This document shows positions 17,251 through 27,550 of a stretch of DNA of 64,000 nt, one piece after another. Origin of the DNA: an uncultured Acidobacteriota bacterium. Lineage in GTDB: Bacteria; Acidobacteriota; Thermoanaerobaculia; Multivoradales; JAHEKO01. Position 1 is the stretch's first letter, and every line of letters begins with the position of its first letter. The stretch is taken from contig CAVQNG010000001.1 in assembly GCA_963713825.1 (NCBI GenBank), forward strand, positions 320,001 to 384,000, in the 5' to 3' direction. The position numbers were made by a program, and so were the translations under genes. The notes under the pieces were generated by a model that saw only the letters and a program-made list of their open reading frames with translations, did not search any database and had not been told where the DNA came from.

Positions 17251-19455
17251 GTGTCAACTGAATTGAGCGGCCTGGACGGGGTGACTCGCCAGGAAGTGCT
17301 AGAGAGGCTGCTACAGGCAGGCGCACGAGGGCTGGAAACCGACCAGCTCCAGAAAGCTCTTGCTGCTGACTGGGAAGCGGCGGCTGTCGAGAAGGCTCTC
17401 GTCGAGCTCCAACGAGACGGCCTGGCGGTCGAGTGGAATCGCCGCTGGATGGCCGTCCGCCACACGGAGTGGGTCGCCGGGCAGGTGAACCAACTCGAAA
17501 AGGGCGATGCCCTCATTCGATCCGGCGATCGCAGAGAAGCCGGATACTTCGTCTCGCGACGCAATCTCAAAGGCGCCATCGACAAGGACCGGGTTCTTGT
17601 TCGCAGGGTCAAGACATCTCGTGGAAAGCACGACACTCGGCTGCCGGAAGCCACGGTCGTGAAGGTGCTGGAGAGACCTCTCAGGACCGTGGTCGGCACC
17701 TTGGACTGGGAAGGGGATCGACGCTGGTTGGCGCCGTTCGATCCCAAGGTGAGCCTCGATCTGGAAGTGGTCGATGGCGACAGGATGCTGGAGGATCAAT
17801 ACGTTGTTGTCGAGGTGCTGGAGCCCAATAGAGGCGAGCGAGGGAGATTGAGAGGGCGAGTCGTGGAGGTCCTGGGAAGTGCCAGCTCACCCGGAGTGGA
17901 CGTTCTCGTCATGCTGCGCCATTTTCGGATCCCTGACACGTTTCCGGGCGAGGCCCTGGCAGAGGCCGAGCGCTTCGGGGAGGACCCGGCACAAAGCGAT
18001 CTCGTGGGACGCCGAGATCTGACAGCCGCGATAGCAGTGACGATCGATGGTGAAACCGCCAGGGACTTCGACGACGCCATCACCGTCCAGAAGCGATCGG
18101 ATGGGGGGTTCTCCGCCGGGATTCACATCGCTGACGTTTCTCACTATGTGCCGGAAGGACAGGCTCTGGACCTCGAGGCCTTTCGCCGGGGTACCAGCGT
18201 CTATTTCCCGGATCGGGCAGTTCCGATGCTTCCAGAGTCTCTGTCAAATGGACTGTGCTCCCTACGACCGGACGTTCAGCGATTGACACTCTCGGCGTTC
18301 CTCGAGTTCTCCCCTGATGGGGAAGTGGAGTCTCGGAGCTTCCAAACGACGGTTATTTGCAGCAAGAAGCGCCTCACTTATGGCGAGGTGCGGAGACTAC
18401 TCGAGGCGCCTGAGCCAACGGACGCGCAAGAGTATGGCGAGGTTCTGCCGGCCCTTCGCGCTGCCGAGGCGCTGGCGCGGGTGCTCAATCGCCGCAGAAT
18501 GGAGCGCGGCTCGATCGACTTCGATTTGCCCGAGGGGAATGTGATCCTCGATGAAGAGGGTTTTACCGTTGGAGTGCGACCAGGGGAACGCAACATAGCT
18601 CACCGAATCATCGAGGAGTTGATGATCGCTGCGAACGAGGCTGTGGCCTTCCACCTTGATACGCATGAGAGCCCAGCTGTCTATCGAGTTCATGATTCCC
18701 CGCAGCTGACGGCACTGGAGGAGTTGCGCAGCGTGGTCAAGCCGCTGGGTCTGAAACTGGAGGGAGATCTGGAGCTCTTGAACCCCGCCGCCCTGCAAGC
18801 CCTCCTGAAGCAGGTCGAAGGGAAGCCGGAAGAGCCGTTTGTCGCCTCGCTTGTCCTGCGATCCATGCAGCAAGCTTCTTATGATCCGGATTGCCGGGGT
18901 CACTACGCTCTCGGGTCCACGCACTACACGCACTTCACCTCGCCAATTCGTCGATACCCCGATCTCCTGGTGCATCGCCAGCTGAAGCGCTTGAGTGAGC
19001 CCTCCGAGTCAGCCGAAGCAGCAGACTCGATGCTGGAACGCCGGTTGCCGTCGATCGCAGAGCACTGCAGCTTCACCGAGAGGCGCGCCGAGCGCGCCGA
19101 GCGCCAATTGCTGCAATGGAAACTGGTGCGGCTCCTGGCCGGTCGGATCGGTGAGAAGTTCTCGGGCCGGATCACCGGAGTGCAGCCATTTGGACTGTTC
19201 GTGCAGCTGAGCGACTATTTTGTCGATGGTCTGGTTCCCATCCGATCCATGGCCGACGACTACTATGTTTTCGAGGCGGACAGTCATCGGTTGGTCGGCC
19301 AGGAGAAGGGACGCGTCTATCGACTTGCCGATCAGGTCGAGGTCGTCCTCAGTGGGGTCGATCCACGGCAGCGGGGCCTGACTCTCAGCATCGAGGGTAT
19401 GCCCGAGCCGCGAAAGCCGCCACGGCGGAGGCAACGCCGCCAGCGTCCAAGGTAG
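17251..19455 (+). CDS. rnr: Ribonuclease R
   Basis: TIDGETARDFDDA, HIADVS, YTHFTSPIRRYPDL, S1 domain and basic tail. Confidence 0.96.
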   Translation: MSTELSGLDGVTRQEVLERLLQAGARGLETDQLQKALAADWEAAAVEKALVELQRDGLAVEWNRRWMAVRHTEWVAGQVNQLEKGDALIRSGDRREAGYFVSRRNLKGAIDKDRVLVRRVKTSRGKHDTRLPEATVVKVLERPLRTVVGTLDWEGDRRWLAPFDPKVSLDLEVVDGDRMLEDQYVVVEVLEPNRGERGRLRGRVVEVLGSASSPGVDVLVMLRHFRIPDTFPGEALAEAERFGEDPAQSDLVGRRDLTAAIAVTIDGETARDFDDAITVQKRSDGGFSAGIHIADVSHYVPEGQALDLEAFRRGTSVYFPDRAVPMLPESLSNGLCSLRPDVQRLTLSAFLEFSPDGEVESRSFQTTVICSKKRLTYGEVRRLLEAPEPTDAQEYGEVLPALRAAEALARVLNRRRMERGSIDFDLPEGNVILDEEGFTVGVRPGERNIAHRIIEELMIAANEAVAFHLDTHESPAVYRVHDSPQLTALEELRSVVKPLGLKLEGDLELLNPAALQALLKQVEGKPEEPFVASLVLRSMQQASYDPDCRGHYALGSTHYTHFTSPIRRYPDLLVHRQLKRLSEPSESAEAADSMLERRLPSIAEHCSFTERRAERAERQLLQWKLVRLLAGRIGEKFSGRITGVQPFGLFVQLSDYFVDGLVPIRSMADDYYVFEADSHRLVGQEKGRVYRLADQVEVVLSGVDPRQRGLTLSIEGMPEPRKPPRRRQRRQRPR

Positions 19456-19489
19456 TGGTTCCCAAGGTTCAGGTTGCTACACTAGACGC

Positions 19490-19957
19490 ATGAGACCCGT
19501 ACCTCGACTTGCCTGCGCGCTCATGATGGCCCTGGGGATTTTTACCCTCGCCTGCGGTACCTCCGAGGAGCAGGAGAAGCTGAATACGGATGAGATTCAG
19601 GCCGCCCTCGAGAGCTATCTGCCAATTCTGGGAGAGGTCTACGCAACCGGCGATCTGAGCCTGCTCGAGGGCCTGGCTGCCGAGAAGGAGATCGCTCGCA
19701 TCCACAAACGGATCGAGGATCTGTCCTATCAGGGGCGACGGCTGGTGCCCACGTTCCGCGCCCTTACGGTCGAAGACGCCAACGTCTGGAACTACTCTAA
19801 CTGCTATGTCACGACCCTCGAGATATGGGATCTGGAGGTCCGGGCCACAGGCGTGGAACAGGTCCTCTCGAGCCAACTCGAACAGTCGAACCGGGTCAAG
19901 TATCAGTTGAAACGTGAAGATGGTCGCTGGCGGGTCCTCTTTCGGACCATTCAATAG
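19490..19957 (+). CDS. Hypothetical lipoprotein (possible NTF2-like fold)
   Basis: Lipobox TLAC; ends VKYQLKREDGRWRV. Confidence 0.7.
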   Translation: MRPVPRLACALMMALGIFTLACGTSEEQEKLNTDEIQAALESYLPILGEVYATGDLSLLEGLAAEKEIARIHKRIEDLSYQGRRLVPTFRALTVEDANVWNYSNCYVTTLEIWDLEVRATGVEQVLSSQLEQSNRVKYQLKREDGRWRVLFRTIQ

Positions 19958-19965
19958 GGAACGGT

Positions 19966-21267
19966 ATGGGCGTCACGCCTTCGGTGGCCATTGTCGGCCG
20001 ACCCAACGTCGGTAAATCGACGCTCTTCAACCGCTTGCTGCGGCAGCGCAAGGCCATTGTCCACGATCAGCCGGGAGTGACTCGCGATCGGATCACCGGT
20101 CAGATGGAGTTCGAGGATGACCGCGCGGTGCTGCTGGTGGACACCGGTGGCCTGGTGCCGGGTGACGATGATGTTCTGGGGTTGAATCGGCAGGTACTCC
20201 TGGCAGTGGAGGAGAGCGACCTCTTGATTTTCGTCGTGGATGGCAAGGAAGGGCTTGTGGCTGCGGATGAGACCGTCTGGCAGGAGCTCAGAGAGTACTC
20301 CAAGCCCTCGATCTTGGTGGTGAATAAAGCCGACACGCGGGCCGCGCAGGAAGGTCACTACGAGTTCTATCGACTGGGCTTTGAAAAGCAGATTCTGGTC
20401 TCGGCGGAGCATGCCATGGGGATCGGGGAGCTTCATGAGGCGATTGCCGAAATGCTGCCGCCCGCGATCGCGCCGGAGGAGAGCGAGGCTCCGCACCTGG
20501 CCATCGTTGGCCGACCCAACGTCGGAAAGTCCTCCTTGCTGAACCGCATTCTGGGGAGGAACCGAGCCCTCGTATCCCCAGAGCCCGGCACCACCCGAGA
20601 CCCAATCGACACTCTGATCAGTAGTGGTGACAAGGAGTATCTCTTGGTCGATACTGCCGGTATTCGGCGCCGCAGCCGGGTGTCAGGGACGCCAGAGGAG
20701 CTGGCGGTCATGATGGCCAGGCGTCAACTGGATCGGGCGGATGCCGCACTGCTGGTCATCGATGCTTCCCAGGGGATCACCAGTGGAGACTTGGCAATTG
20801 CTGGAACCGCATGGGAGCTGGGTCGGCCGAGCGTGGTGCTGGTCAACAAGTGGGATCTGTTGGACGAAAAGAAGCGAGAGGACCTGGATGAAAGCTGGGA
20901 GAGACTCGAGCAGCTGCTGGCGAGCCCTTCGAGGGTCAACATCTCGGCCTTGACGGGGCGAGGAGTCGAGAAGGTCCTGCCGGCAGCGGCAGAGGTTCTT
21001 GCACTGTTGGCGACCCGCCCAGGGACCTCGGAGCTGAACCGAATCATGGCCACGGCCGTGTCGCGGCATCGGGCTCCACACCTGGCTGGAAAACCCTGGA
21101 AACTACGCTACGCCACCCAGGTCTCCTCTACGCCACCGACCTTCGTCGTCTTTGCCAACCGCCGGCTGCCGCGCCAAGCGCCTTATCGAAGGTATCTAGA
21201 GAACTTCCTCCGCGAAGCGCTGGGGTTATGGGGGATTCCGATACGTTTCGTAATCAGGACGGAGTAG
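19966..21267 (+). CDS. der: Ribosome biogenesis GTPase Der
   Basis: Two GRPNVGKS G-domains and a KH-like C-terminus. Confidence 0.97.
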   Translation: MGVTPSVAIVGRPNVGKSTLFNRLLRQRKAIVHDQPGVTRDRITGQMEFEDDRAVLLVDTGGLVPGDDDVLGLNRQVLLAVEESDLLIFVVDGKEGLVAADETVWQELREYSKPSILVVNKADTRAAQEGHYEFYRLGFEKQILVSAEHAMGIGELHEAIAEMLPPAIAPEESEAPHLAIVGRPNVGKSSLLNRILGRNRALVSPEPGTTRDPIDTLISSGDKEYLLVDTAGIRRRSRVSGTPEELAVMMARRQLDRADAALLVIDASQGITSGDLAIAGTAWELGRPSVVLVNKWDLLDEKKREDLDESWERLEQLLASPSRVNISALTGRGVEKVLPAAAEVLALLATRPGTSELNRIMATAVSRHRAPHLAGKPWKLRYATQVSSTPPTFVVFANRRLPRQAPYRRYLENFLREALGLWGIPIRFVIRTE

Positions 21268-21301
21268 GGGTCCAAATGCGGTTGCCAACGTCAAAAGCGG
21301 C

Positions 21302-21330
21302 TTGATGATCGTTGGTTCTGGTCATATACT
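21302..21330 (+). promoter_or_regulatory. Putative sigma70 promoter of the IHF-merR-tRNA-Pro unit
   Basis: TTGATG-17 nt-TATACT. Confidence 0.5.
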
Positions 21331-21381
21331 TCATGTAGATTCTCAGAAGTGATACTTGAGGTCTCACTCTGTGTAGTGCTA

Positions 21382-21717
21382 ATGGTGAAGAAGCCCGCAT
21401 CGCAGTCGCCGCTCAAGAAAGGCCTGACGAAGGGAGACCTGGCTGGGTTGGTCTATGACCTGCATGGTGGGCTCACCAAGAATGAGGCCGTCGAAGTTGT
21501 CGACACGATCCTCGGAACCGTCAAGGCGAGCCTCCTCGAAGGGCGCAAGGTCAAGATCCCGAACTTCGGAGTCTTCGAAGTGACACGGCGCGAGGGGCGG
21601 CGTGGCGTGAGCCCGGTCAGTGGCGAGTCGATCTTCATCCCGTCCCACAAGGGCCTGAGCTTTCGTCCGGCAAAGAAGTTGCAAAGTGCTGTCGAGGACT
21701 CGCGGTCCGAGGACTGA
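21382..21717 (+). CDS. HU/integration host factor family protein (IhfA position)
   Basis: LTKGDL...KIPNFGVFEV..R.GR.G.SP.SGE.I.IP....SFRP; ihfA-merR-tRNA-Pro synteny. Confidence 0.9.
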   Translation: MVKKPASQSPLKKGLTKGDLAGLVYDLHGGLTKNEAVEVVDTILGTVKASLLEGRKVKIPNFGVFEVTRREGRRGVSPVSGESIFIPSHKGLSFRPAKKLQSAVEDSRSED

Positions 21718-21783
21718 TTCGCGATCACGTGCTGTTCATCGAAGTAATGGCTGGGTTCGCATTCGCGAGATAGGAGTTATCTG

Positions 21784-22281
21784 GTGGCAAAGAAGCTCTA
21801 TTACAAAATCGGTGAAGCCTGCAAGATCTTGGACATCCAGCCCTATGTGCTGCGGTATTGGGAGACGGAGTTCTCCTCTCTGAGTCCAAGCAAGAGCAAG
21901 TCTGGCCAGCGCACCTACACGGAAGACGATCTCAAGGTCATCGGGCGCATCAAGGAGTTGCTCTATGAAGAGGGCTTCACGATCGCCGGCGCCAAGAAGA
22001 GACTCGAGGGCGAGCTTGAAGGTGGGGGTCTCAAGCCCCTGAAGCCGGTCGATCTGGGCGGGAAAACTCCCCCGAAAAAGACGGCAGCTACCAAGCCAGA
22101 GAAGCCGCCGAAGGCTCAGTCAGGCAAAGCTGAGGAGAAGGAGAAGGCGGCGGAGCCGGCGAGTCCGAGCGGGGAAGTCGAGTCCGGCAGAGTCGAAGAG
22201 CTCGAAGCCGGAATCGAGGCCGCTCTTGGGCAGGCACGGGAGATCCTCGCCCTCCTAGATACGGGTTCCAAAAAGAGATAA
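21784..22281 (+). CDS. MerR family transcriptional regulator
   Basis: YKIGEAC..LDIQPYVLRYWETEF, GQRTY and LLYEEGFTIAGA motifs. Confidence 0.92.
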   Translation: MAKKLYYKIGEACKILDIQPYVLRYWETEFSSLSPSKSKSGQRTYTEDDLKVIGRIKELLYEEGFTIAGAKKRLEGELEGGGLKPLKPVDLGGKTPPKKTAATKPEKPPKAQSGKAEEKEKAAEPASPSGEVESGRVEELEAGIEAALGQAREILALLDTGSKKR

Positions 22282-22296
22282 GATCCCGCTTCCGGT

Positions 22297-22373
22297 CGGG
22301 ACGTGGCGCAGCCTGGTAGCGCACCTGAATGGGGTTCAGGGGGTCGCGAGTTCAAATCTCGCCGTCCCGACCA
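22297..22373 (+). tRNA. tRNA-Pro(GGG)
   Basis: CGGGACG acceptor stem, CCTGA-ATGGGGT-TCAGG anticodon arm, GTTCAAATC, encoded CCA. Confidence 0.97.
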
Positions 22374-22511
22374 ATCAAGTACCTGCAGATAACCGAGCAC
22401 AATCAAGCGGTACATAGCTTTCCCAAGGGAAGCTCTCTACGACTGTCTGCGATTCGCCTCGACAGGCTACGCTGGAATTGTTGCTCCCACAGGGTCCCAG
22501 CAGGACAGGGC

Positions 22512-22785
22512 CTACCCATCCTGCCCGTACTTCTCCAGCAGGGCCTGAAAGCGGGGGTGGTCGCGAAGGGGATCCCAGCGAGGTTCGCTCCGCAGTAGAG
22601 GTACCGATAGAGAACAGGGGATCGAGAGAAGATAATCGAGTCGATCCACCGCAAGACTCGTTTCACCCACCCAGGAATAGATCTCTGCGAGGTGCATGAC
22701 TTGAATGCACCCGATATAGGCGTCCTTCGCGACCGGCTGCAACTCCACCGCCTTCCTACCTGCTTGGATGGCCTCGGCCTTCACG
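22512..22785 (-). pseudogene. 3' remnant of a TPR-tailed Ser/Thr kinase or adenylate cyclase-type gene
   Basis: AEAIQAGRKAVELQP..KDA...LAEIY...EPRWDPLRDHPRFQALL is the typical C-terminal tail of these proteins; no N-terminal part present. Confidence 0.6.
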
Positions 22786-23204
22786 GGGAGCCTACGATAC
22801 GGTCCTCTGAGAAGTACCTGCTTCTTGTTCAGCGGTGGCTTGAAACCGAGGCACGAGAGACCCACTTCGACCGAACCGATGTCGCATCCTGGCCCTTGTG
22901 GATGAATGATTCCTCGTTGATCGACACCTACGCTCCAGTCATCTGAAGGGATCACGTTGATGGCGGGGCTCTGTACCAGAGGCCGATGCTTCCCAAGAAG
23001 GATCGTCTCTTGCTCATGGCGTGGTCGCCCTTGTTTGTCAAATCATACGATCGCCCTACCTAGTGCCATCGGCCTTGGACGTAGGCGCCTGAGGCGTGGT
23101 AGTGTCTCGGAACTCAATTCGGATTGTGCAGTAATCCCCCGCCGCGGATGTCATGCCTTGCGCGTCCGCGTCGACTGAAAGAGACGAGTCGAAGGAGACG
23201 CCTC

Positions 23205-23948
23205 ATGACGCAACGTTGGAATACACCCGTCTGGCCGACGCTGGCCCTTTGCACCTTGATACTCGCGACGCTGGCCTGCGGTGGAGGTGGCGCGGGCTCC
23301 GAGGGATCGGGCTACGCCGTGGCCGACGAGAGCGGGACGACTCCCGCAGTCGAGGCGTCCCCAGACCGCGAGGATCGTGTCACCGTGGTCGAGTCCAGCG
23401 CGACGCTCGAGGGGGTTCCCGACGCCTGCTCGCTCCTCAGCGAGAAGGATCTCGCAGATCTCCTCGCGGTCGATCCTTCCGAGATTGATGTGCGGGCCGT
23501 TCCGGGGTCGGACAGGTGGCACTCTCAGTGCGACTGGAGGGTCGGGTCCGGTCTGAATGTGAGTCGCCGATTGGACCTTACCGTTCAGGCTGCCTACATC
23601 CGTGCCGAGTACGAGGCGGGCATCGCCACTCTGCCCTTTTGGAGCGGCGGCACCGACTTCACGACGGATGACTACGTGCTTTGCATCACTGCCGTCCCGG
23701 ACGCGGAGTTGGTCGAGTATGATCCGCAGTTTGGCGCCGGCGCCTATCTGATCAAGATAGGGTCCCTCACCTATCTTCGCGTCGAATCCAACGTAGCTCT
23801 GGCCTCCGTGCCCGAGGGCATGCCCGACAAGCTGATCCTCAGGCTCTCGATGAGTGGTTCGGACGACTGGCTCGAGGATGCGAGGCTGCAGTTCGTCTTG
23901 GACTCTGCCAGTCGAGCTCTTCACAAGCTCGAGTCGGAAACCGGCTGA
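23205..23948 (+). CDS. Hypothetical lipoprotein (DUF3558-like)
   Basis: AAGGAG SD, lipobox TLAC, DACSLLS motif. Confidence 0.7.
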   Translation: MTQRWNTPVWPTLALCTLILATLACGGGGAGSEGSGYAVADESGTTPAVEASPDREDRVTVVESSATLEGVPDACSLLSEKDLADLLAVDPSEIDVRAVPGSDRWHSQCDWRVGSGLNVSRRLDLTVQAAYIRAEYEAGIATLPFWSGGTDFTTDDYVLCITAVPDAELVEYDPQFGAGAYLIKIGSLTYLRVESNVALASVPEGMPDKLILRLSMSGSDDWLEDARLQFVLDSASRALHKLESETG

Positions 23949-24237
23949 GCCTCGGAGGCGGCCTGTCCCAAGCGGCCCACTCTGGAAGCGGACTCGACGC
24001 TGGCGGCAGCCGCGGCGGTCTTGGGGTCCTTCGTGTTCTGAGTCCCGACTCTGCAAGAAGGAGGCGAGGACCTGGATGCTAAGCCTTAATCTGTAGTGAC
24101 TACAGAGGACCACCTTCCAACTCTTGGCGGTTTTGGTCGAGCGCGGGCTCATAGCAGAGCTTCGTCGCCTTGAAAAGCGCCGAGGCGAGGCATATCCCCC
24201 ACGAAAAGACAAGCTGAAGCGAGGTCGCCCGATCCGG

Positions 24238-25065
24238 CTACTGCACGATGATCGACCAGGCGGAAAGATCGCCTGACTCGAAGCTGTCGACAAGGACAGG
24301 GCGGCTGGCGAAGCGCTGCGCTTGCACCACATCAGACCAGGCCGGCAGGTTGAACGCGCCCTGGCTCTCCCACACCACGACGAAGTTTCCCTCCGGATCG
24401 ACCGAGGCTACCTTGGGCGACCCTTGCGCGTAGGTGGTGTAGGAGTTGACCTGGAACTGACCTCCTACGGGCCTCCCGCAAGCATCGAAAAACTGCGCCT
24501 GAACGCTGAGGGTGGTGGTATCCGTACCGTACGACCCTTCACTCTCCCACGCCACGATGAAATTGCCCATGGCGTCTATACCGACTGCGGGCTTGTATTG
24601 ATCTTCGGTCGTGTAGGAGTTGACCTGGAATTGGCCGCCCACAGGCGTGTCACTGGCGTCGAAGCGTTGCCCCTGGATACTCCACCGAGAGGTATCCGTG
24701 CCGTACGAGCCATAGCTCTCCCAAACCACGACGAAGTCTCCCTGTGGGCCGACTGCCACCTCAGGCCAGTCCTGGTTGGAAAAAGTGTAGGTATTGACCT
24801 GGAAATCAATCCCTTTGGGCGTGCCATCGGTTTCGAAGCGCCGCGCCTGAATGCTGCTGGAAGAGGTATCGGTGCCGTACCCGCCGGTGCTGTACCAGAC
24901 CACGACGAAATCGCCCTGCTCGTCCGCGGCCACTTCGGCCTGCTTCTGTGAACCGGTGGTGAAGGCGTTGATCTGGAATTCTCCGCCCAGGGGGACCACT
25001 TCTTGTGCCGGCGCCATCCCTCCAAACAGCAACAGTCCAACCACACACGTCGTCCGCAGCTTCAT
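24238..25065 (-). CDS. Secreted beta-repeat protein (four ~58 aa FQVNxYT repeats) with C-terminal DSFESGD tag
   Basis: Signal peptide; repeats GxxFQVNxYT...GxFVVVWES; ends VLVDSFESGDLSAWSIIVQ. Confidence 0.85.
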   Translation of the reverse strand: MKLRTTCVVGLLLFGGMAPAQEVVPLGGEFQINAFTTGSQKQAEVAADEQGDFVVVWYSTGGYGTDTSSSSIQARRFETDGTPKGIDFQVNTYTFSNQDWPEVAVGPQGDFVVVWESYGSYGTDTSRWSIQGQRFDASDTPVGGQFQVNSYTTEDQYKPAVGIDAMGNFIVAWESEGSYGTDTTTLSVQAQFFDACGRPVGGQFQVNSYTTYAQGSPKVASVDPEGNFVVVWESQGAFNLPAWSDVVQAQRFASRPVLVDSFESGDLSAWSIIVQ

Positions 25066-25267
25066 GGATGCCTCCCTTCCATCGAAAGTCGACTCCTGCG
25101 CCACCCTTCGGAAGCCCGGCGGTCCTTAGGTCCTGGTCGGAGATGAGGACCCGTGGCTTTGTGCGCTCGACCTTGCGGTCGGCTTACCTTTGTCGAGGTA
25201 TACCCACGAATATCACGAGATGGCTCTCGGCACACCACCCGCAGGGGTAGGCCACGCACCAGGCGCA

Positions 25268-25311
25268 CTCTCTCCCCTGTGGGGAAGGGAAGGGAGGGGG
25301 AGGGGAGGGTC
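25268..25311. repeat. REP-like palindromic purine-rich element
   Basis: CTCTCTCCCCTGTGGGGAAGGGAGGGAGGGGAGGGGAGGG just 3' of the cysteine hydrolase gene; single copy in the window. Confidence 0.35.
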
Positions 25312-25324
25312 CTATGGAACGGAT

Positions 25325-25879
25325 CTACGCAGGAACCTCGGCAGGTTTGTTCAGCAGCTCGTCGACGGTCGTCACGGTGGCTCCGTAGGCCATCTTCAGG
25401 TAGTCGAGGGCTTCGTCTTCGTCAATGCCGTCGAATGCACAGACAGCGTCGCGCGGAATGGTGATGTCGTACCCCCGAATAAGAGCGCCGTAGGAGGTGT
25501 GACGTACGCAGATGTGGGTGTGCTGACCGGTGACGACGACCTCCTGGACACCCAGGGCCTCGAGCTGCTCGTGGAGGCCGGTGCCATCGAAGGCCCCATA
25601 GACCCGCTTTGGGGATAGCCATTCATTCTCTCCCTGCCGGGGTTCGAGCGCGCCGATGACCCGTGCGCCGGGATCGCCCTCCATGGCGTGCTCTCCCCAG
25701 ACCTTCAGCTCTGGGTCGTCCGGCCGATGGGCATCGTTGGAGAAGACGATGGCCCAGCCATGATCGCGTGCATGATCGAGCAGCCGTCGTAGCGGGTCGA
25801 TGATTCGTTCGGCCCGGGGATTGGCCAGCTTGCCATCGACAAAGTCAACCAGCATATCGACCACGATCAGTGCTTTCAT
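25325..25879 (-). CDS. Isochorismatase/nicotinamidase family cysteine hydrolase
   Basis: ALIVVDML.DF, D.H, WGEH, K..Y.AF and TGQHTHICVRHT motifs. Confidence 0.9.
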   Translation of the reverse strand: MKALIVVDMLVDFVDGKLANPRAERIIDPLRRLLDHARDHGWAIVFSNDAHRPDDPELKVWGEHAMEGDPGARVIGALEPRQGENEWLSPKRVYGAFDGTGLHEQLEALGVQEVVVTGQHTHICVRHTSYGALIRGYDITIPRDAVCAFDGIDEDEALDYLKMAYGATVTTVDELLNKPAEVPA

Positions 25880-26035
25880 ATCGAATTCCTCCCGTCGAGA
25901 GGCGGAGTATAGCGGCTCCGGGAGTGAGTCAGTTTGGGGGCGCTGCCGCGCTGTCGCAAACGAACCGGGATAGGACTTTGGTGAAACGACGGACTTCACT
26001 GCCAGAGCGCGCGTCCACTGCTACCCTGGAAACCG

Positions 26036-27451
26036 ATGTCGACTCGATCCGCTGCGGTTCTGATTCAGGTTTGTCTTTTCGTACTTCTTGCGGAGTCTGC
26101 TACCGGACAGGAGGTCGTGTTCAGCGACGGCTTCGAGTGGGCAGATACCAGCGATTGGTCTCTGGTGGAACCGCCGAGATGCGACAGGATCGAGTCGTTC
26201 GATCGAGGCCTACAGCCAACGACGGAGCTGCACGTCTCGACAGAAGGTGACGACGTCTCGGGCGATGGCTCAATCGGCAGTCCCTACGCAACCATCGAGA
26301 AGGCAGTCGGTGAAGCAGTGCCGGGAACGGCGGTGCGCATTCATTCCGGTACCTACAGTGGTGGTGTCTACCTGGCGGCGGTCTCCGGCACGCTCGACGC
26401 GCCGATCTGGATCGGTGGAGCAGTGGGGGAGACCCGACCGAAGCTGGTCGGAGGAGCGACGGGCCTTCATCTGGTTCGAGCCAAGTACGTGGTGGTTCAC
26501 GATCTGGAAGTCGAGGGTGCCAGTGCCAACGGCATCAACTGCGATGATGGTGGCGACTACAACGATCCGCTGGCCTCGCATCACCTGACCTTTCGCGGCC
26601 TGTCCATCCACGATATCGGAGCTGGAGGCAACGAAGACTGCCTCAAGCTCTCTGGTCTGGATGACTACTGGGTTCTGTTCTCGGACTTCGAGCGCTGTGG
26701 AGGAGGCCAGTCTGGAAGCGGGATCGATCATGTCGGATGTCATCAGGGACTGATTGCTCGCAATCGATTTCAGAACCTGTCCGCCAACGCCGTGCAGTCG
26801 AAAGGTGGAAGTCAGGACATCGAGATTCGCTGGAACCACTTTCTCGAATCCGGGGCTCGCAGCCTGAATCTTGGCGGCAGCACGGGGTTCACCTACTTCA
26901 GGCCTCCCCTGTCCACCAGCGCTCTCAACGCCGAAGCGCGAGACATTCGAGTCATCGCCAATGTGATCGAAGGTTCTGACGCCTCGGCGGCCTATGTCGG
27001 CTGCGTTGGCTGTCTGGTGGCGAACAACACGCTGGTCGATCCGCACAACTGGATTCTCCGCATTCTCCAGGAAACGACCAGCAGTGGCTCTTATGGCTTC
27101 GAGGAGTGCCGAGACGGTGTCTTCGTCAATAACCTCGTCTATTTCGAGCGCGGTGACCTGTCGACCTACGTCAACGTTGGTCCGGACACGGCTCCGGATA
27201 GCTTCACCTTTGCGAACAACCTTTGGTATGCCTGGGACAATCCGGCGCAATCGGAGCCCAATCTGCCAGCACCCGAGGCCAACGGCATCTATGGGCAGGA
27301 TCCCGAGCTCGATTCGCAGCTGCGAATCGTCACGAGCAGTCCGGCCGCTGGTGCAGGGACGGGTACTGTCTGGACGTGGGGTGACCTCGACGGTAGGTGT
27401 TACTCGGGACCTCCCAGCATAGGCGCTTTCGAAGCTCGACCTGTCCATTGA
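26036..27451 (+). CDS. Secreted right-handed beta-helix protein with N-terminal DGFE tag
   Basis: Signal peptide then VVFSDGFEWADTSDWS; GDGSIGSPYATI, GTY and parallel beta-helix repeats; ends PSIGAFE. Confidence 0.85.
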   Translation: MSTRSAAVLIQVCLFVLLAESATGQEVVFSDGFEWADTSDWSLVEPPRCDRIESFDRGLQPTTELHVSTEGDDVSGDGSIGSPYATIEKAVGEAVPGTAVRIHSGTYSGGVYLAAVSGTLDAPIWIGGAVGETRPKLVGGATGLHLVRAKYVVVHDLEVEGASANGINCDDGGDYNDPLASHHLTFRGLSIHDIGAGGNEDCLKLSGLDDYWVLFSDFERCGGGQSGSGIDHVGCHQGLIARNRFQNLSANAVQSKGGSQDIEIRWNHFLESGARSLNLGGSTGFTYFRPPLSTSALNAEARDIRVIANVIEGSDASAAYVGCVGCLVANNTLVDPHNWILRILQETTSSGSYGFEECRDGVFVNNLVYFERGDLSTYVNVGPDTAPDSFTFANNLWYAWDNPAQSEPNLPAPEANGIYGQDPELDSQLRIVTSSPAAGAGTGTVWTWGDLDGRCYSGPPSIGAFEARPVH

Positions 27452-27550
27452 AACGTCGATGTTGCACTCCGCAGTGAGGCGTTGCGACGTAGTAGCCTTG
27501 GGCTGCCGGTGGTTGCACCGACAGCCGGTTCTGCGGGTAGGTGTCTGCGA

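Noticed and set aside
23151-24332. Long antisense or alternative-frame ORFs (also 26270-27448, 35081-36487, 36973-38403, 41328-42605, 47132-48412, 52066-53259)
   Set aside because: They shadow well-supported genes, have no recognisable motifs and are expected in GC-rich DNA
24430-24980. Recurring GTGTAGGAGTTGACCTGGAA-like DNA repeats as a CRISPR array
   Set aside because: They are codons of the ~58 aa FQVNxYT protein repeats; spacing about 175 nt, degenerate, no cas genes
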